A DNA stretch of 64,000 nt from Octopus sinensis (Eukaryota). The translations under genes and the position numbers were made by a program. Shown piece after piece: positions 37,111-51,256 of the stretch. The stretch is taken from NCBI RefSeq assembly GCF_006345805.1, contig NC_042997.1, positions 16,926,001 through 16,990,000 on the forward strand, given 5' to 3'. The notes under the pieces were generated by a model, which did not search any database, was not told where the DNA came from, and saw only the letters and a list, made by a program, of their open reading frames with translations. The number at the start of each line of letters is the position of its first letter. Position 1 is the stretch's first letter.

Positions 37111-37515
37111 TTAGGTAGCCATGTTCTCAACATAACTAAAGGGACTTAACCACTCCACATTTTTGCTTATTCAGCAGCCTCTTTACAAAGTAAAAAGCAT
37201 AAGTGATAGTGGCATAAAAGAATAAAGGCCTAAATAACTGGGATGAGAGGAATGTGTGGCAGGGGATGACTGATAGGAGCACATAGTATACTCAAGGCAA
37301 TGTGACCAGGATGGCTTGGTAATGTGAAGTCCGAGTATAACAGAGACCTAAGATATATGGGGAAAAGTGAATGTTTATGATGGCACACAAAATGAAACAG
37401 AGTGTAGTCACTTCTATGTAGGCTTTGAGATGGGATAGAGAGTTCAAGTGATGAGAGTGGTGGGAGGGGGGATGGAAAGAAGGTGTGTCTTGTACTAGTG
37501 AGCAAACTATATATA

Positions 37516-37716
37516 TAGAAGAACCTCGGTTTTCAAACAACTCTGACCACAAATAAATCGTACTTTATCTCCTGTCTTTCTCATATTCATTTAATACAGT
37601 ACTACCTCAGTTTACGAACGCCTCTGATCATGAATAAATCGTGCTTTATATCTATCTATCAATGTATATATATATATATATATAAAGCATGATTTGTTCG
37701 AAAACCGAGGTGCAAC

Positions 37717-37718
<2 letters not shown>
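37516..37718. mobile_element. pogo/Tigger-like MITE with an extra left end
   Basis: Left end TA|CAGTACTACCTCAGTTTACGAAC at 37597; right end GTTCGAAAACCGAGGTGCAACTG ending at 37718; a further left-type end tagaagaacctcggttttcaaac at 37516. CAG...CCTCG termini with TA context are characteristic of pogo/Tigger elements. Confidence 0.65.
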
Positions 37719-37756
<38 letters not shown>

Positions 37757-38364
37757 AACAATAAATTAAATAGAGAGATTCAATTGACAATCTAATAATT
37801 TATTTATATTAAAGTATAACATAATATGCTATGAATATGATATAAGATAACATCAAAAAATTATTAAAAAACCTAAAAAGCCAACTATTTGTTTTGACTT
37901 ATATACATTATTTGATTTATAAACAATTCATATCCATTTATATAAGTCTCTTTAGACTTATATACACACCCCTTTGAAAGAATTTCTTTCCTAAGTGTTT
38001 GTCACTTATATAAAGTAAACAAACAGGGTTTGCTTTGCTCTACATGGATGTATCAAGGACTGATTAGACAGAACACAAGAAGGAAAAGTTAGATGAAAGT
38101 AGAGCAAATGGGAAACTGGATGAAAACTTAACAGACGAGGAATAAGGACAAAGACATGATACGCAGAATATTTGCAGTTGAGTTTTCCTCTTCAGTCAAT
38201 GAACTAAAATATTGTTGTGGTTTTGCAAGATTCAGTTGAATGAGGTACTTAAAGGTGAGACACCTAGTTACAATATAATAATATAATTCACCTATTTTTA
38301 ATGCACCCCCCACACGCACACACGTATTCCAACATATGACAGCATGGAAAACAGAAGTTAAGTG

Positions 38365-38406
<42 letters not shown>

Positions 38407-40502
38407 TAGGTATGTGTGTGTGTATGTGCACTGTAAAAGTGTTGGCAAAAGGGAGAACAACCAATTATAAAACCATGTATTGGTATCTGTATGTTTAGGC
38501 CTTGGCAAGATTTTTTGTGGAAGACTAGCAGTTGCCATGTATACAAATGACTCCTATCCCTGGCATCAATGTTTATCCAAGAGAAAGGTAACTGACTTTG
38601 GCCATTTTAGTTTCACACTAGTGTTGTAGTCAAAAAGTAAAGAATTAGATCAGATAACACGAGGAATTTTGCCTGATGCTTGAACATTTCTATCAATCCA
38701 CCATCCTGAAGTGGTATTTTTTTATTGACACAAAAAGGAGGCAAGTTCACTATGGCAGGATTTGAACTCAGAGCATTGTTAGTCAGAGCAAATACCACCA
38801 AGTATGCTATCTAATGCTCTAATGGTTTTGACAATTTGTCTAAAATACCATGTTAAAAAAAAAAAGCAAAAAAAAAAAACAACAAAAGTCATGACATACA
38901 CCACAGTAAACATTTGTAGTTCTCACTGTTGCTATGAGTATCACATGGTAAAAGGTTGCAACAAGTGGCAAGACATTTCATTGGCACAAACATGTAAACT
39001 AATGGCAGTATAGAGATATGTACATAAAATGGTTTTGTGTATATATATATATAATGGAAAGCTACGTAAGAAAATTTTATATATTGTATAATATTCTTAT
39101 CTCATGTATATACCTCTACAGAATTTCTGTATATGCAATATTTTCTGAAAAAGTCTATTTTCATTTTTAGTTTTTGCTTCATTGCTAAGTCCACTTGACA
39201 CTATGTCAAATCCAATTTTGTCTCTATCAGAGGCTACTTACAAACTGCCATGTAACTTGTGGTATACCTTGTAAAAAGCTTCCCATTACTGACATTTCAA
39301 ATTGTTTCCTTTGTTTCTTGTATCAAAATATTATTTATATTTAAAAACAGCACCTACATATTAAAAAAATATATATCCAAGAAATTTGCAGGTCATGTTA
39401 CCCTTGTATGTCAAATTTTGTTGTTGTACACCATTTTCTTCAGCAATGCATTAGAAACAAATGTGCACTGATATAATTTACATTAAGATACTTCCAAATT
39501 TTAGGGCAGTAAAAAATTCATGGCATAACTCTCCTTAAAAAGTCCTGACAAACCAAAGCAACAACAATATTTTTTTCTCTATCTCAATAAATACTAATAG
39601 AATTGCTAGCAAAATGTTCACCAAAGCCAATCTTGTTCTAAATTTCAAAAGACTGTAAAGAAATATTATACACCTTAGTGAGACAGAAACCACATCTTTT
39701 GAAACCTTTAATACATACAAATGTATTTTCTCCACTGGGCCAGTTGATCTTATGATCTGTTGGTTCACTATCACTACCAAGGTTATTATCTTTTAAACTC
39801 CAGACATATCTAAACAGTAAAGTAGTAAGGCCTTCTTCCTGATTTTCACATGTGTTCTGAAAGTATTTTTAAATACAAGTTTCAGTGAGACATACATATC
39901 TTTTGTTTTACTATCACCTGTAAGGAGACTTCAGTTCAATAAGCTAGTGTTTTTAGAAGATGACATGGGAGACACTACAGTTGTAATTATATTGTCTTTC
40001 AGATTTGTATTGAAAATGTTTCTTTTATTTACACTGTCTATGGAATCAGCAAAGTTGTTTTTTGGTGCAGCTGTAGCTAATCTTAATGCTATTTTTATTA
40101 AAGATTTTACAAAATCTATTTTCTATGGGAAAATGCTTATTTATAAGGTTAGGAAAAATTTTAACAACACCAGAATTAAATATTTAAACTACAGGGAGAA
40201 GATAATTATAAATATTAGTGATATTCTGTATGTAATGTATTCTGTTTGAAGTTAGTCTTTTAATGTGTAACTGTAATACTAATTGAGTCATTAAATGATT
40301 CTACATCAGATGATTAGTTGGATATGCATTTACTATTGCTTATTTGGATTTTTAAGATTATTTTAAGATTATTGAAAACATTTTAAATTTATATTAATAT
40401 ACTGCATTTTCTATTAGGTTTACTGTACAGGTAATATTTATGAGTACTTAAATTTAGCATTATATCTAAGAAATTAGCTTCATCTAGATTTGTATCTACT
40501 AT

Positions 40503-40740
40503 GAGTGACACATGACTTAGTGGTTAGGATGTTGAACTCATGATGATAAGATTGTGGTTTCAATTCCTGGACTAGATGACACATTGTGTTCTTGAGAAAA
40601 AAAAACATTTCATTTCACACTGCACCAGTCCACACAGCTAGTAAAAATGAGAAATTCTGCCATGGACTGGCGTTCTGTTGAGGGAGGAATATATATACTT
40701 GAGAAACAGGGAAACTAGCCCTATGCTCCTCAAAGAATAA
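40503..40740 (+). mobile_element. tRNA-derived V-like SINE (family E)
   Basis: A box gacttagtggttagg, B box gtggtttcaattcctgga, then gtgttcttgag...cacactgcaccagtccacacagct...ctgccatggactggcgttctgttgagggagg. Confidence 0.55.
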
Positions 40741-40785
40741 TGTGGACTAACTATCCATGATCTTTATATATATCTTTATTTTTTA

Positions 40786-41133
40786 TCTTTTACTCGTTTC
40801 AGTCATTGCACTGTGGTCATGCTTGGGTATTGCCTTGAAGGGTTTAGTTGAACAAATCAACCCCAATACGAATTTTTTAAACCTGGCATTTTTTCTATCA
40901 ATCTCTTTTTGTCAGATTGCTAAGTTATGGGGGCATAAATAAACTGATACTGTTTGTCAAGCAGTGGTGGGGTGAACACACACACACACACACACACAGC
41001 AGGTTCTTTCAGTTTCCATCTACCAAATTCACTTATAAGACTTTGGTAGGCCTGATGGGATAGTAGAAGACACTTGCCCAAGGTGCTACATAGTAGAACT
41101 GAACCCAGAACTGTGTAGTTGGGAAGCAAACTT
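40786..41133 (-). mobile_element. Family A SINE
   Basis: tcttttactcgtttcagtcattgcactgtggtcatgct...gaagacacttgcccaaggtgctacatagtagaactgaacccagaactgtgtagttgggaagcaaac. Confidence 0.8.
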
Positions 41134-44100
41134 CATAGGCTAATTGGATTAAATAAAAGCATAAATATTAAAATATATACCAGGACACATTTGTGTTTCT
41201 GGAAACTGATTGCATTCATAAACTTCATGAGCTTAAAATAAGACAAATTTGAATTTACGCTGATTCTATTTTAATATATATTCCTTGTTTTTTAACATTT
41301 TAGTTTGTCTATATATTAAATTATAACACTCTAAGGTGAATTTATGATGCTTTACTGATAGCTGTATATGTTGATACAGTCTGCAATAGATATTCTATGC
41401 ATACATATAATTTGAATCCTGCAAAGATCCTACCAAATTTTGGCATATGGTTTTGTCATTGTGAGTGTATATAATCTGTGTAGATAGAAATTTGTTTTAT
41501 ATATTCCTAATTAATGATGATTTTAATATATGAATACCATCAGTTTTGAGAAACATAGTTGTGTCCTAGCATAATATATGATTACTTAGTATATGGACCT
41601 TGATTTACCTCTGTAATCTAGTTAGTATATATTGTATGTATTTCATTCTAAATTCAGCTAACAGAGCACTTTAGTAGATTCCTGCTTTAAATTCCATTCC
41701 TGATGTTTTATGAAATAAATGCATGCATATGTACATGTGTAGTCACGTGCACATGTGTATACACACATGCATGCCTGCACACACATGCATGCACACACAC
41801 ACATGCACACACACATACATACACACACACATACACACACACACATACACACACACACACACACATACACACACACACAATCTAGACTTTGAATGTAATC
41901 TTTCCAGTTGTTTTTTTACATTCTAATGAATACAAACATTTGTTAATGTCCCTTTTCTGCAATTAGTGTCCACGTTTCTATAGATTTAACAAAACTATAT
42001 TGATATAGCTAATGTTTCTGTGTTGATATGAATAGAAATATATTGAAAGTGACACAAGGATATTATTACTAATGTTGTTATTGTTGTTATTATTATTATG
42101 CAAACAGTGACATACATGCACATACACTCACTCATATGAATTTATTTAAACTCTCATGTATTATTTGATAAAGCAAATTTGATCTTAGAACAATATCTCT
42201 TGTTGGATTTATAAAATTAATGTCTTGATAATTTTTTTTTCAAGACCCAGTGAAAAATTATTGGCATATAATCACTTTGTGAAATTCAACTAAATCATTT
42301 TTTGTTCATTCTATCATACACATTTTGTAACAAGGCTGCAACATTTTTTTGAAAGGGAAAATACATAGGCATTACATTGACCTCACTGTATTTTGTTTGG
42401 TCCCTAGTTCATCATTCTTGTAAGAAAGAAGCTGCAAAGGATGGCACCTTAGGCAAGTGTCTTTTACTAGGCCAACCCAAACTTTGTGAAGGAAACTACA
42501 AGAAGCCCATTGTGTGAGGTGTGTGTGTGTGTACATGTGTACATATCTGTATCCTTGTTTTGATGAGCAACAATCACTTGCTATCTTCCTTGAAAAGTAT
42601 GGCTGGCTACGGAGAAATATTACCTTTATTGAGAACAGGTGAGAGCCAATATCAGGAAGGACATCTGTCCATAGAAAATCTGTCTCAACAAATTCCATCT
42701 GACCCTTGCAAGCATAGAAAAGTGGACATTAAAACAATGATGATGACTTCCATGTATGTATACACACACACATATATTTCTCTTAGGCATAGTGATACTG
42801 ATAACATGGTGTTAGAACTCAATATGTATATGCTTCAGAACAAGTGTCAGTTGAGTAGTATTAGTTGAGCAGGTTAGGTGATCATATTGAGGGTCATACA
42901 TTGGCTTCATTCGGTAGTAGTTGTGGGTATTAATACAATAGTGGTGAAGATAGAGTATGTATATTAGAGTGTGTGCTGTTTATGTATCCTAATTTAAACT
43001 AGATCTTTAATTCTAGTTTGTTGACAATATGCAGGTAAGATTATGCTTCTCTGTGGAGGCCTAACAAAAGAGAAACTTACTTAGAGTTGTCACCATATTT
43101 AGCAAAGATCAGGCTTATATTCCTACTCCTTGCACTTATTCAATTTTTTTTATTAATTTAGTTTCTGGAGTTGTCTCCCTTGTTCTTGACTGAATTTAAG
43201 AATTAAGCTAATGACACTTTTCTTCTCACGACAGATGTAATTTGAGTTTATTTAACATTTTTTTGTTCATTATGTTACTAGCTCCAACTTGGCTTTTTTA
43301 TTTTCTTTTTGTTTTTTTTTTTGGCAGAAGTGTTCTTGGAGACTTCTAGTCATTCTTTCCACAGATTACCTTCATTGATGGAGGTGATCAATGAAAAAGA
43401 TAAAATTACTGGTCATACATGTTCTTATGATACAAAACAGCTAATCCTTACCCATATATAGCACATTTTATTCATGGAAATATTATTTGGACTTTGCACT
43501 GCAAACTAATAAAATTTATCAGTTAAGCAGCATGTATTTCCTTATGGACATGATATATATTTACTTATAAGAGGAAGTAAGCCATTTAAAAGTAACTAAT
43601 TTCTCCTAAAAATACAATACACTTTCTGTGATGAGCTACTTGCCTTTTTTCTATTTGCTACTGTGACTGTGAAGTTGTTTCTATACATATCAGTTTACAT
43701 GCAAAATAACAAGCAATGAAAAGTTGCTTGCCCAAGAAGACAATAAAAAAAGGATCTCAAAGAAAAAGTTACTTATTAAAGATTTGTAAGGGATAGAAAT
43801 CTGACATGATTATAAAGTACAGTGAAAGTTAACCGATAACTCCTGTATTTGTATGGAAAAACACATGAGTATTGGGTAAATAAGATAGTTAAACAGTAAT
43901 ATGATGTTTGGTGTGAAGCTTGGAAGTGGAAAAGTAAAACAAAAGAATGGATTTTCTATAAAAAATAAAAGAAATAGAGCAATGTGTTAAAGAATTTGGC
44001 GAAATAAATGCCATGATGTCGCGATTTCAGAAGTAAAGGAAAGATAATAGTGATTGAAATAAGTTAATTTGCATTAGGCATGAAATAATTAGATTTACTG

Positions 44101-46099
44101 AACAAATAATGAAGAATTCTTTTCTGTAAAGTTTCATTGCAAATTACAGAACAGAAAAGAAAAAAAGTAAAATTCAGTGTAAATAGGTGTTTAATAGATT
44201 TTATCATGCAAGAATTTTTTTAGATGGAAGAATAGATTCCATGTTGTCTCTTTGTTAAATAATTTAACAGATCTTAGTAGTGTGTATGCATTTATTTATA
44301 TTTAACTTGGGAATTAATTTGTTATAGGTGTTGAAGCTGGGTGACAGAATCAATGTAATAAGACAAGAACCAATTGTAAGACTGCGATGGCAAGCACCAT
44401 GGAACCATTGATAAGAGATCAGGGAATTTTTGAGTTCTTTATTAACAATTGTATACTGTTTGACTTTGAAATGATTATTTTTACCACTGAGACAGACTTA
44501 GGAAATCAGCTGCCATATTGACTGTATTTTTGTAGTCCTAGTTTGGCAGATTCTTTTCAATGAACCTTTGTAACAGACTTATAAAAGCTTGCCTTGAAAA
44601 CAAAACATTACAAGAATAGTTCATTCTGTTGCCATTGTTATTTGTTCCTTGAAATTTTCATTGAAATCTTTTATTTTTTCATTGCAAATATCATTCAGTT
44701 GGTGGTAAGATCAGGTATGGAAGGGAGAATGCACATTGTAACAGTGATTAGCAGTTAACAGTGATTATCACAGTGAGCAGGTGACATATTCATAGTTGAG
44801 CAGGTTGTGTAGATTGATAGTGATGTGTGGGTGGTATTTTTAATTTATATTTGTTGGTGTTATTCTTTAAGATGTGTTTTAACACAATGCAAACACAAAT
44901 AACCCTCACAAATAGAGTGCTGTGTTTTTCTCATTTCTATCTAATACTACATATACCATGGTTTTGAAAACACATTATATATGAATTAATACAAAATCAA
45001 ACTTATTTCATTTCTTTTATTAGTTATAAGAGAGTTTCCCTTCAAGCAAAAAAAAAGAAAAAAGAAAAAGAAAAATAAGATAAAATGCATTTGCACTTAT
45101 TTTGCTTCTTTTCCTTTATAGGGTATTTTCAACAATACCATTCTGCATGTTTGGGCAACCATAAAAGAATTATATCAATATAATGACATGTTTATTCTTT
45201 CAAATAATCAAACTGAAAAGAGCAATGAAATTACTTGCAAAAACAAGTACCAAACCCTCATTATAATAGAATGTGTTAGCATTCAAAAAGGCATTTAACC
45301 ATGATAAATGAAAACTGTTCCAATAACATATACAGATGGGAAATTTTGCTGTTTGCCACAGTCAATTCTAGCAGAAAATAATGGGTTTTAAAAATTCCCC
45401 ATCCAAAAAGAAAAAGAACCAACAATATAAAATCACATAAGTAATTTCTGAATTTACTGGAATTAGTTTGAATAATTGGAGAAATTTCCTTACAGCATAT
45501 TTCTACTAACCTCAACCAAGGATTTGAACAATTCTAGAAACTCTCTTACACCATTTTTCTAGTAGGCAGGAACTTAATAAAGCTGATGCAATTTCTTAGG
45601 ATTTTAGTATAGCTGATTTAATCTACTGGAATCTGCAAGAATGTGGATTCTATTTATCATAATCTAAACACAGTCAGAATGCTATACTTGACCATTAAAG
45701 TAACTTGGCATTACATTTTAAACACATATTTAATATAAACTGGTGAAATAGATGTAGGTATCTGGTGTACAAACTTACAAAATACATAGATCTGTTTTAT
45801 ATTCTAGTTAAAACTGCCTTCTAAAGGTTATGCTAGCTCTTTCTCTGGATTAGAAAATACTGTAGTTTTCAACAGTTTCTAAACTGCTATAAGGTATATG
45901 TGTGCTCTGCATAAAAGTATTACAGGTTTTGAGTAAACCAATGTCATATGAGGGAATTTGATAGACAAAAACTGCAGAAAGTCTGTTTTATATATATAAA
46001 TATATAAAACACAAAAGCACACCCATGGGTTTCTGCCTAGGGAGGAGCTGCCTCACATAACTACTACAGCATTATAATTGGATACTGAAACAGCAGCTC

Positions 46100-46898
46100 A
46101 ACTACTTAAATGTGGATGTGATATATCTTGACTTTGCCAAGGCCTTTGTCAGAGTTGATCAAGGGATGATATGTCACAAACAACATGACCTTGGTACCAC
46201 TGGAAAATTGGGAGAGTGGCTGCACAACCTTTTAAAGGACAGAAGTCAGGCAGTTGCAGTCAATAGTGTTCTATCTGGGGAGACACCAATCCACAGCAGA
46301 GTTCCTCAGGGAACTGTACTGGGACTACTATTGTTTGTAGTGACAGTTTCAAGCATCCTCAGTCATCTGGATTAATGCTCCCAACTGTGATAGCCATTCA
46401 ACATCAAATTGGTTGCAGAACTTGAGGCAATCCAGCGCCACTACACAAAGGAGATTGACTTGGTGAAACAGATGAGCTACTGGGAGAGATTACAAGAACT
46501 CTACTCCCTCAAGAGATATACATAGATCCTGGAGGTCTAGCTCCCAACTTCAGAATTAAAAACTATACTAACCACTGAACTGGATGGCACTACATATTAC
46601 CACAAAGCTATCTTCTTCATGTCAGATAGGGACCCAGTATTGCAAAAGCTTGAGTTTCAAGGGATCAAAACTGTCTAACATCCTGTGAAGGAACTTAAGA
46701 GATCTCCAAGGTGTAGATGTAGAAATGTTCAAAAAGCACCTAGATGAGCCCACATCATGGCAAGAGGCACAAAGAAGAGCAGCTTCATCCAACATGCTTC
46801 TTCACCAAAAACAGTTCCAAAAGGTGACCCCAAAACACTGAAAGGTGGTGCTCCAGCATGGCCCCAGTCTCTAGATGAAACCAGTGAAAGAATAAAGA

Positions 46899-46900
<2 letters not shown>
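46100..46900 (+). mobile_element. CR1-like LINE RT and 3' end with a large internal deletion
   Basis: DVIYLDFAKAFVRVDQGMICHKQHDLGTTGKLGEWLHNLLKDRSQAVAVN...SRVPQGTVLGLLLF (RT subdomains 3-4). The YADD to YLG region is absent. It continues IKLVAELEAIQRHYTKEIDLVKQMSYWERLQEL and ends aaaggtggtgctccagcatggccccagtc...gaataaagaata. Confidence 0.88.
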
Positions 46901-46926
<26 letters not shown>

Positions 46927-46929
<3 letters not shown>

Positions 46930-47369
46930 ATATTTTGGGCTAATGGGTATATGTTGATTAGTGTGTTAATGTGTTGAGTAGAGCACAGGCATGGTTTGGC
47001 TACATGATATCATCCACAGTTGGGGTATATTTCTGTTGGATCTACTTCTGGAATTCTGCAGTGTTAGCTGAGAGACCACTTCATGTATGGATTTACCTGA
47101 TGTGACCAAGACTGCAAAATGGATGCAACACATGGTGCACAGAATCCCATCCATATGGGACAGCCACAGGATGGGTTGAAATGATCATTGTACAAAATAA
47201 AGACTAATACCAAATCCATCTTCTGGCTACTTAATCAATTATTATTATTACTATATATATCAGTGTATATGTGTGTGTGTGCACATGCGTATGCACGTGT
47301 GTATGTATATATATTTATATGTATATTAATTTTTCATTTAATGTTCATTTTCCATGCCAGCATGGGTTG

Positions 47370-47422
<53 letters not shown>

Positions 47423-47862
47423 ATATTTTGGGCTAATGGGTATATGTTGATTAGTGTGTTAATGTGTTGAGTAGAGCACAGGCATGGTTTGGCTACATGA
47501 TATCATCCACAGTTGGGGTATATTTCTGTTGGATCTACTTCTGGAATTCTGCAGTGTTAGCTGAGAGACCACTTCATGTATGGATTTACCTGATGTGACC
47601 AAGACTGCAAAATGGATGCAACACATGGTGCACAGAATCCCATCCATATGGGACAGCCACAGGATGGGTCGAAATGATCATTGTACAAAATAAAGACTAA
47701 TACCAAATCCATCTTCTGGCTACTTAATCAATTATTATTATTACTATATATATCAGTGTATATGTGTGTGTGTGCACATGCGTATGCACGTGTGTATGTA
47801 TATATATTTATATGTATATTAATTTTTCATTTAATGTTCATTTTCCATGCCAGCATGGGTTG

Positions 47863-47866
<4 letters not shown>
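46927..47866. repeat. Near-perfect tandem duplication with a 493-bp period, bounded by (TA)n arrays
   Basis: 46927-47372 equals 47420-47865 apart from one substitution that I saw (T47177 vs C47670). The identical ORFs 46966-47154 and 47459-47647 confirm the offset of 493. Confidence 0.95.
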
Positions 47867-47899
<33 letters not shown>

Positions 47900-48332
47900 T
47901 GTGTGTGTTTATTTCTATTGCATGCTGTTACTACTTGAGCGTAGTAAAGTGATGCTGATGTTAATATTCCTTCTTAAGATTATAACCAGTTACTCTGCAT
48001 TTCTGAAGACTTTTGAAATAAAGAAATCTCATATGTGCAAAAAAGGTAAGGGTTGGTACCAGGAACAGCATCCATAAAATATTACCTCAAATAACTCTCT
48101 ATTCAAAGCTATGCTAGCAAGAAAAAAATAAGTTGTTAATGTAAGAGAGTAAGAACAGAATGATTAAAATGACTCCCTTGAAATGTCTACACATTTTTGT
48201 TTTGCTTTATTCATTCTATTGTCTTCAAGTGTTTTTAGCTAGTTGTTTTTGTATTACATGTCCTGCCAGCCAGAGCCAAGCTTCAGAAATAATACAGTAA
48301 CTGCACCAGCTGCTGCTGCTGCTGCCACGACT

Positions 48333-48369
<37 letters not shown>

Positions 48370-48621
48370 TCGCCACCACCATCACTACTACCTCATTCTT
48401 GCTGACAAAGTACTTTAGTGCTAAACCTCTTTTCCATACCCTTCGATTCCTAACAATCATTCCCTGTTTTTCACAAATATGGATTCTTATTTATCAGATG
48501 TAATCATCCAATCATTGGCTTCACCCATATTTACTTTTAGTTTATTTTCTGTTAACTCATCTTATTTTCTGTAATTTTTAAAAATTAAAATTAAAATAAT
48601 AATTATTATTATTATTATTAA

Positions 48622-48664
<43 letters not shown>

Positions 48665-49046
48665 GTTATTATTATTGCTGCTGTTATTGTTGTTGTTAAT
48701 CCACTCATTCATTTAATGCTGAAAAAATTGGCTCCTTCTTTGCATATATCCTGTGACCAGAAAACATGTACACACACACGCATACATATATGTACATATA
48801 ATTATATAGTGCCATTATTGTTGATACAGCATTGGGGTTAATATTGAGCAAAAGAACTGTTCTAGCAAAGCCTCAAGGCACTATTGTGTTGAAGACAATG
48901 GTTAGAAAGTGGACAGAATTGTCAGATTCAGAGAATACATTGTGTGGGTGTGAGGATTAATGTTAGTGATGATGCAAACACAGTAAAAAAACTTGAAAAA
49001 AAATCCTTGGAACATGTTTTTTTGTGTGTGTGTGTGTGTGTGTGTG

Positions 49047-49100
<54 letters not shown>

Positions 49101-49283
49101 CACGCACACACATACGCATACATATATATATCCATATATGTCCAGAGACAGAGTGAGAGTAAAGAGTAAGAGAGAGTGAAAGAAGTGAAAAGTAAAACAA
49201 ACTGAAAAACATGAATGAGAGGAATAATGATTGAAATGGGGAGAGCAAGGATTATGGGATAAAAAGAAAACAGGAGAGAATGT

Positions 49284-49321
<38 letters not shown>

Positions 49322-50080
49322 CATGTGTATGTGTGAATATGTTGTGTTTGTGAGCGTGTGTGTGTGCGCATGTGTGTGCACGTGTGTAAGTGTAAAACCG
49401 AAAAGGCAAACCAAAGAGATAAACAAAATAGGAGAGAAATGTCAGCAGTAAGAAAACAATACACATTTGAATGTGCATGAGAGGGAGAAAGAGAGTGAGG
49501 TGAGGAAAAAAGGAAACTGGGGTTTATAGAAAAAGATTTAAAAGAAGAAATAAAGAAGAAAATGAACATGTGGAATATTATTAACAAGAAAAGCCAATTT
49601 AAAGAACAAAGAATAAAGACTACATCTTTACATGAAGTTGAAGTGAAAGAAAAGCATATCAAGGGAGCTTGAAATGAAGAAGACTGTCAACCTAATTTGA
49701 AATACATTCTTTTTTGTGAGTTCCTACTGATCTGTCCCTTCCCTTTTGGAGAAAATATTGGAATAAAAGTTAATCAAAAATGACCTGAGACCAACATAAA
49801 ATGTGTGAAAGAGAAACAGAACTAATCTGACAATAGGCTGATGTATTTCCAAGACAGAGAAGAGCAGCCAATTAGCTAGCAAGCTTTCTTCACTTTGTTC
49901 TTTCATCTCCAGCCTTAGAATTGTTCAGTTACTAAGAAAACTTAATTCATTAAAGCTAATGACAATTTGTGCATGCCTGTACTAGAATGGCTATGCTTAT
50001 ATATATGTGTGTGTGTGTGTGTGCATGCAGACACACACATACATTTGTCTGTCTGTCTGTCTCTCTCTGTATGTATATAT

Positions 50081-50116
<36 letters not shown>

Positions 50117-51220
50117 GACAGACAGACAGACAGACAGATAGACAGATAGATAGATAGATCAATAGATCAATAGATAGATGTGTTGCTATCATTTTGTCCT
50201 GGATCAACCATAACTGAGAGGACTTATGATCAAAAGAGTGTCTAAATTACATTATCTAAAGTATAATTTGTGTTTGTTAAAGTAGTAGGGCATTATTTGA
50301 GAGATATTTGGTTTCTATTTATGGCACACTCAATGACCAGACAGAGACTTCCTCATTAGCTGTCTTTCATTGTTTCAACATTCATTTTCCATGCTTGCAT
50401 GGGTTTGCTGAGATTTGTTGAGGCAGATTTTCTTTGACCGGATGCCCTTTTTGTTGCCAACCCTCACCTATTTCAAAGTAAGTTAATATTTCCCTTACTT
50501 TTTCAAACATGAACATCCCAATGGCTGAACATGGTTTCACAAAAGGTTGCAGCATATTTGATGGTGGTATTTGTTTACAAGTGCTCAATGTCAAGACAAG
50601 CAGACATGAACATGCACACACACATGCATATATGTGTACATGCATGCAAACATGCATGCATACATACATACATACATACATACATACATACATACATACA
50701 TACATACACACACACATACATACATACATGTTAGGTTTTGTTTAGTTTCCATGTGCCAACTCCACTCAGAAGGCTTTGATTGACCTTGGTGTATAGAAGA
50801 CACTTTCCCAGGATGTAAAACGAAGATATTTGATAAAACAAAATGAAAGATCTTCACACTTCTGACATGTTCCAAAAAATGGTTGGAGACAATTCCCTTT
50901 TTTGGCTTTATTCTTTTGTCAGCTGTTGGTCTTCAGTAAAATTGAAATGGTTGAATAATTTGCTTTATTGGTGTGAAATATCCCAGTGTGAATCATTCTC
51001 ACTACCTTCATCACCAGAAATATTACCAGCTTGACATTTGACCCCACTCCCACAAACCTAATTTCTCATGCTGACATAGACTGCATGATATATTCAAATG
51101 ACAGAAATATTTCCATGTCCTCATCTTGTGCATCAATTCATGTGTGAGGCTTAACTTTCTTGATCTTTAGCTTAAGTTTTCATCATCATACCAATGACCT
51201 GACTGCCCCATCTCAACTAC

Positions 51221-51256
<36 letters not shown>

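Noticed and set aside
39240-40200. Several minus-strand splice-like signals and a ~75-codon open stretch
   Set aside because: No recognisable domain. Open stretches of this length are expected many times in a window this size, and the candidate exons did not give a consistent frame.
48902-49662. Cluster of overlapping 100-170-aa ORFs
   Set aside because: Entirely explained by (GA)n, (TA)n and (TG)n arrays, which lack stops in some frames.
50850-51200. Possible R4/Dong RLE remnant on the minus strand (IDAQD; WDI.HTNKAN)
   Set aside because: It needs several frameshifts and the matches are short; not supportable without a profile search.
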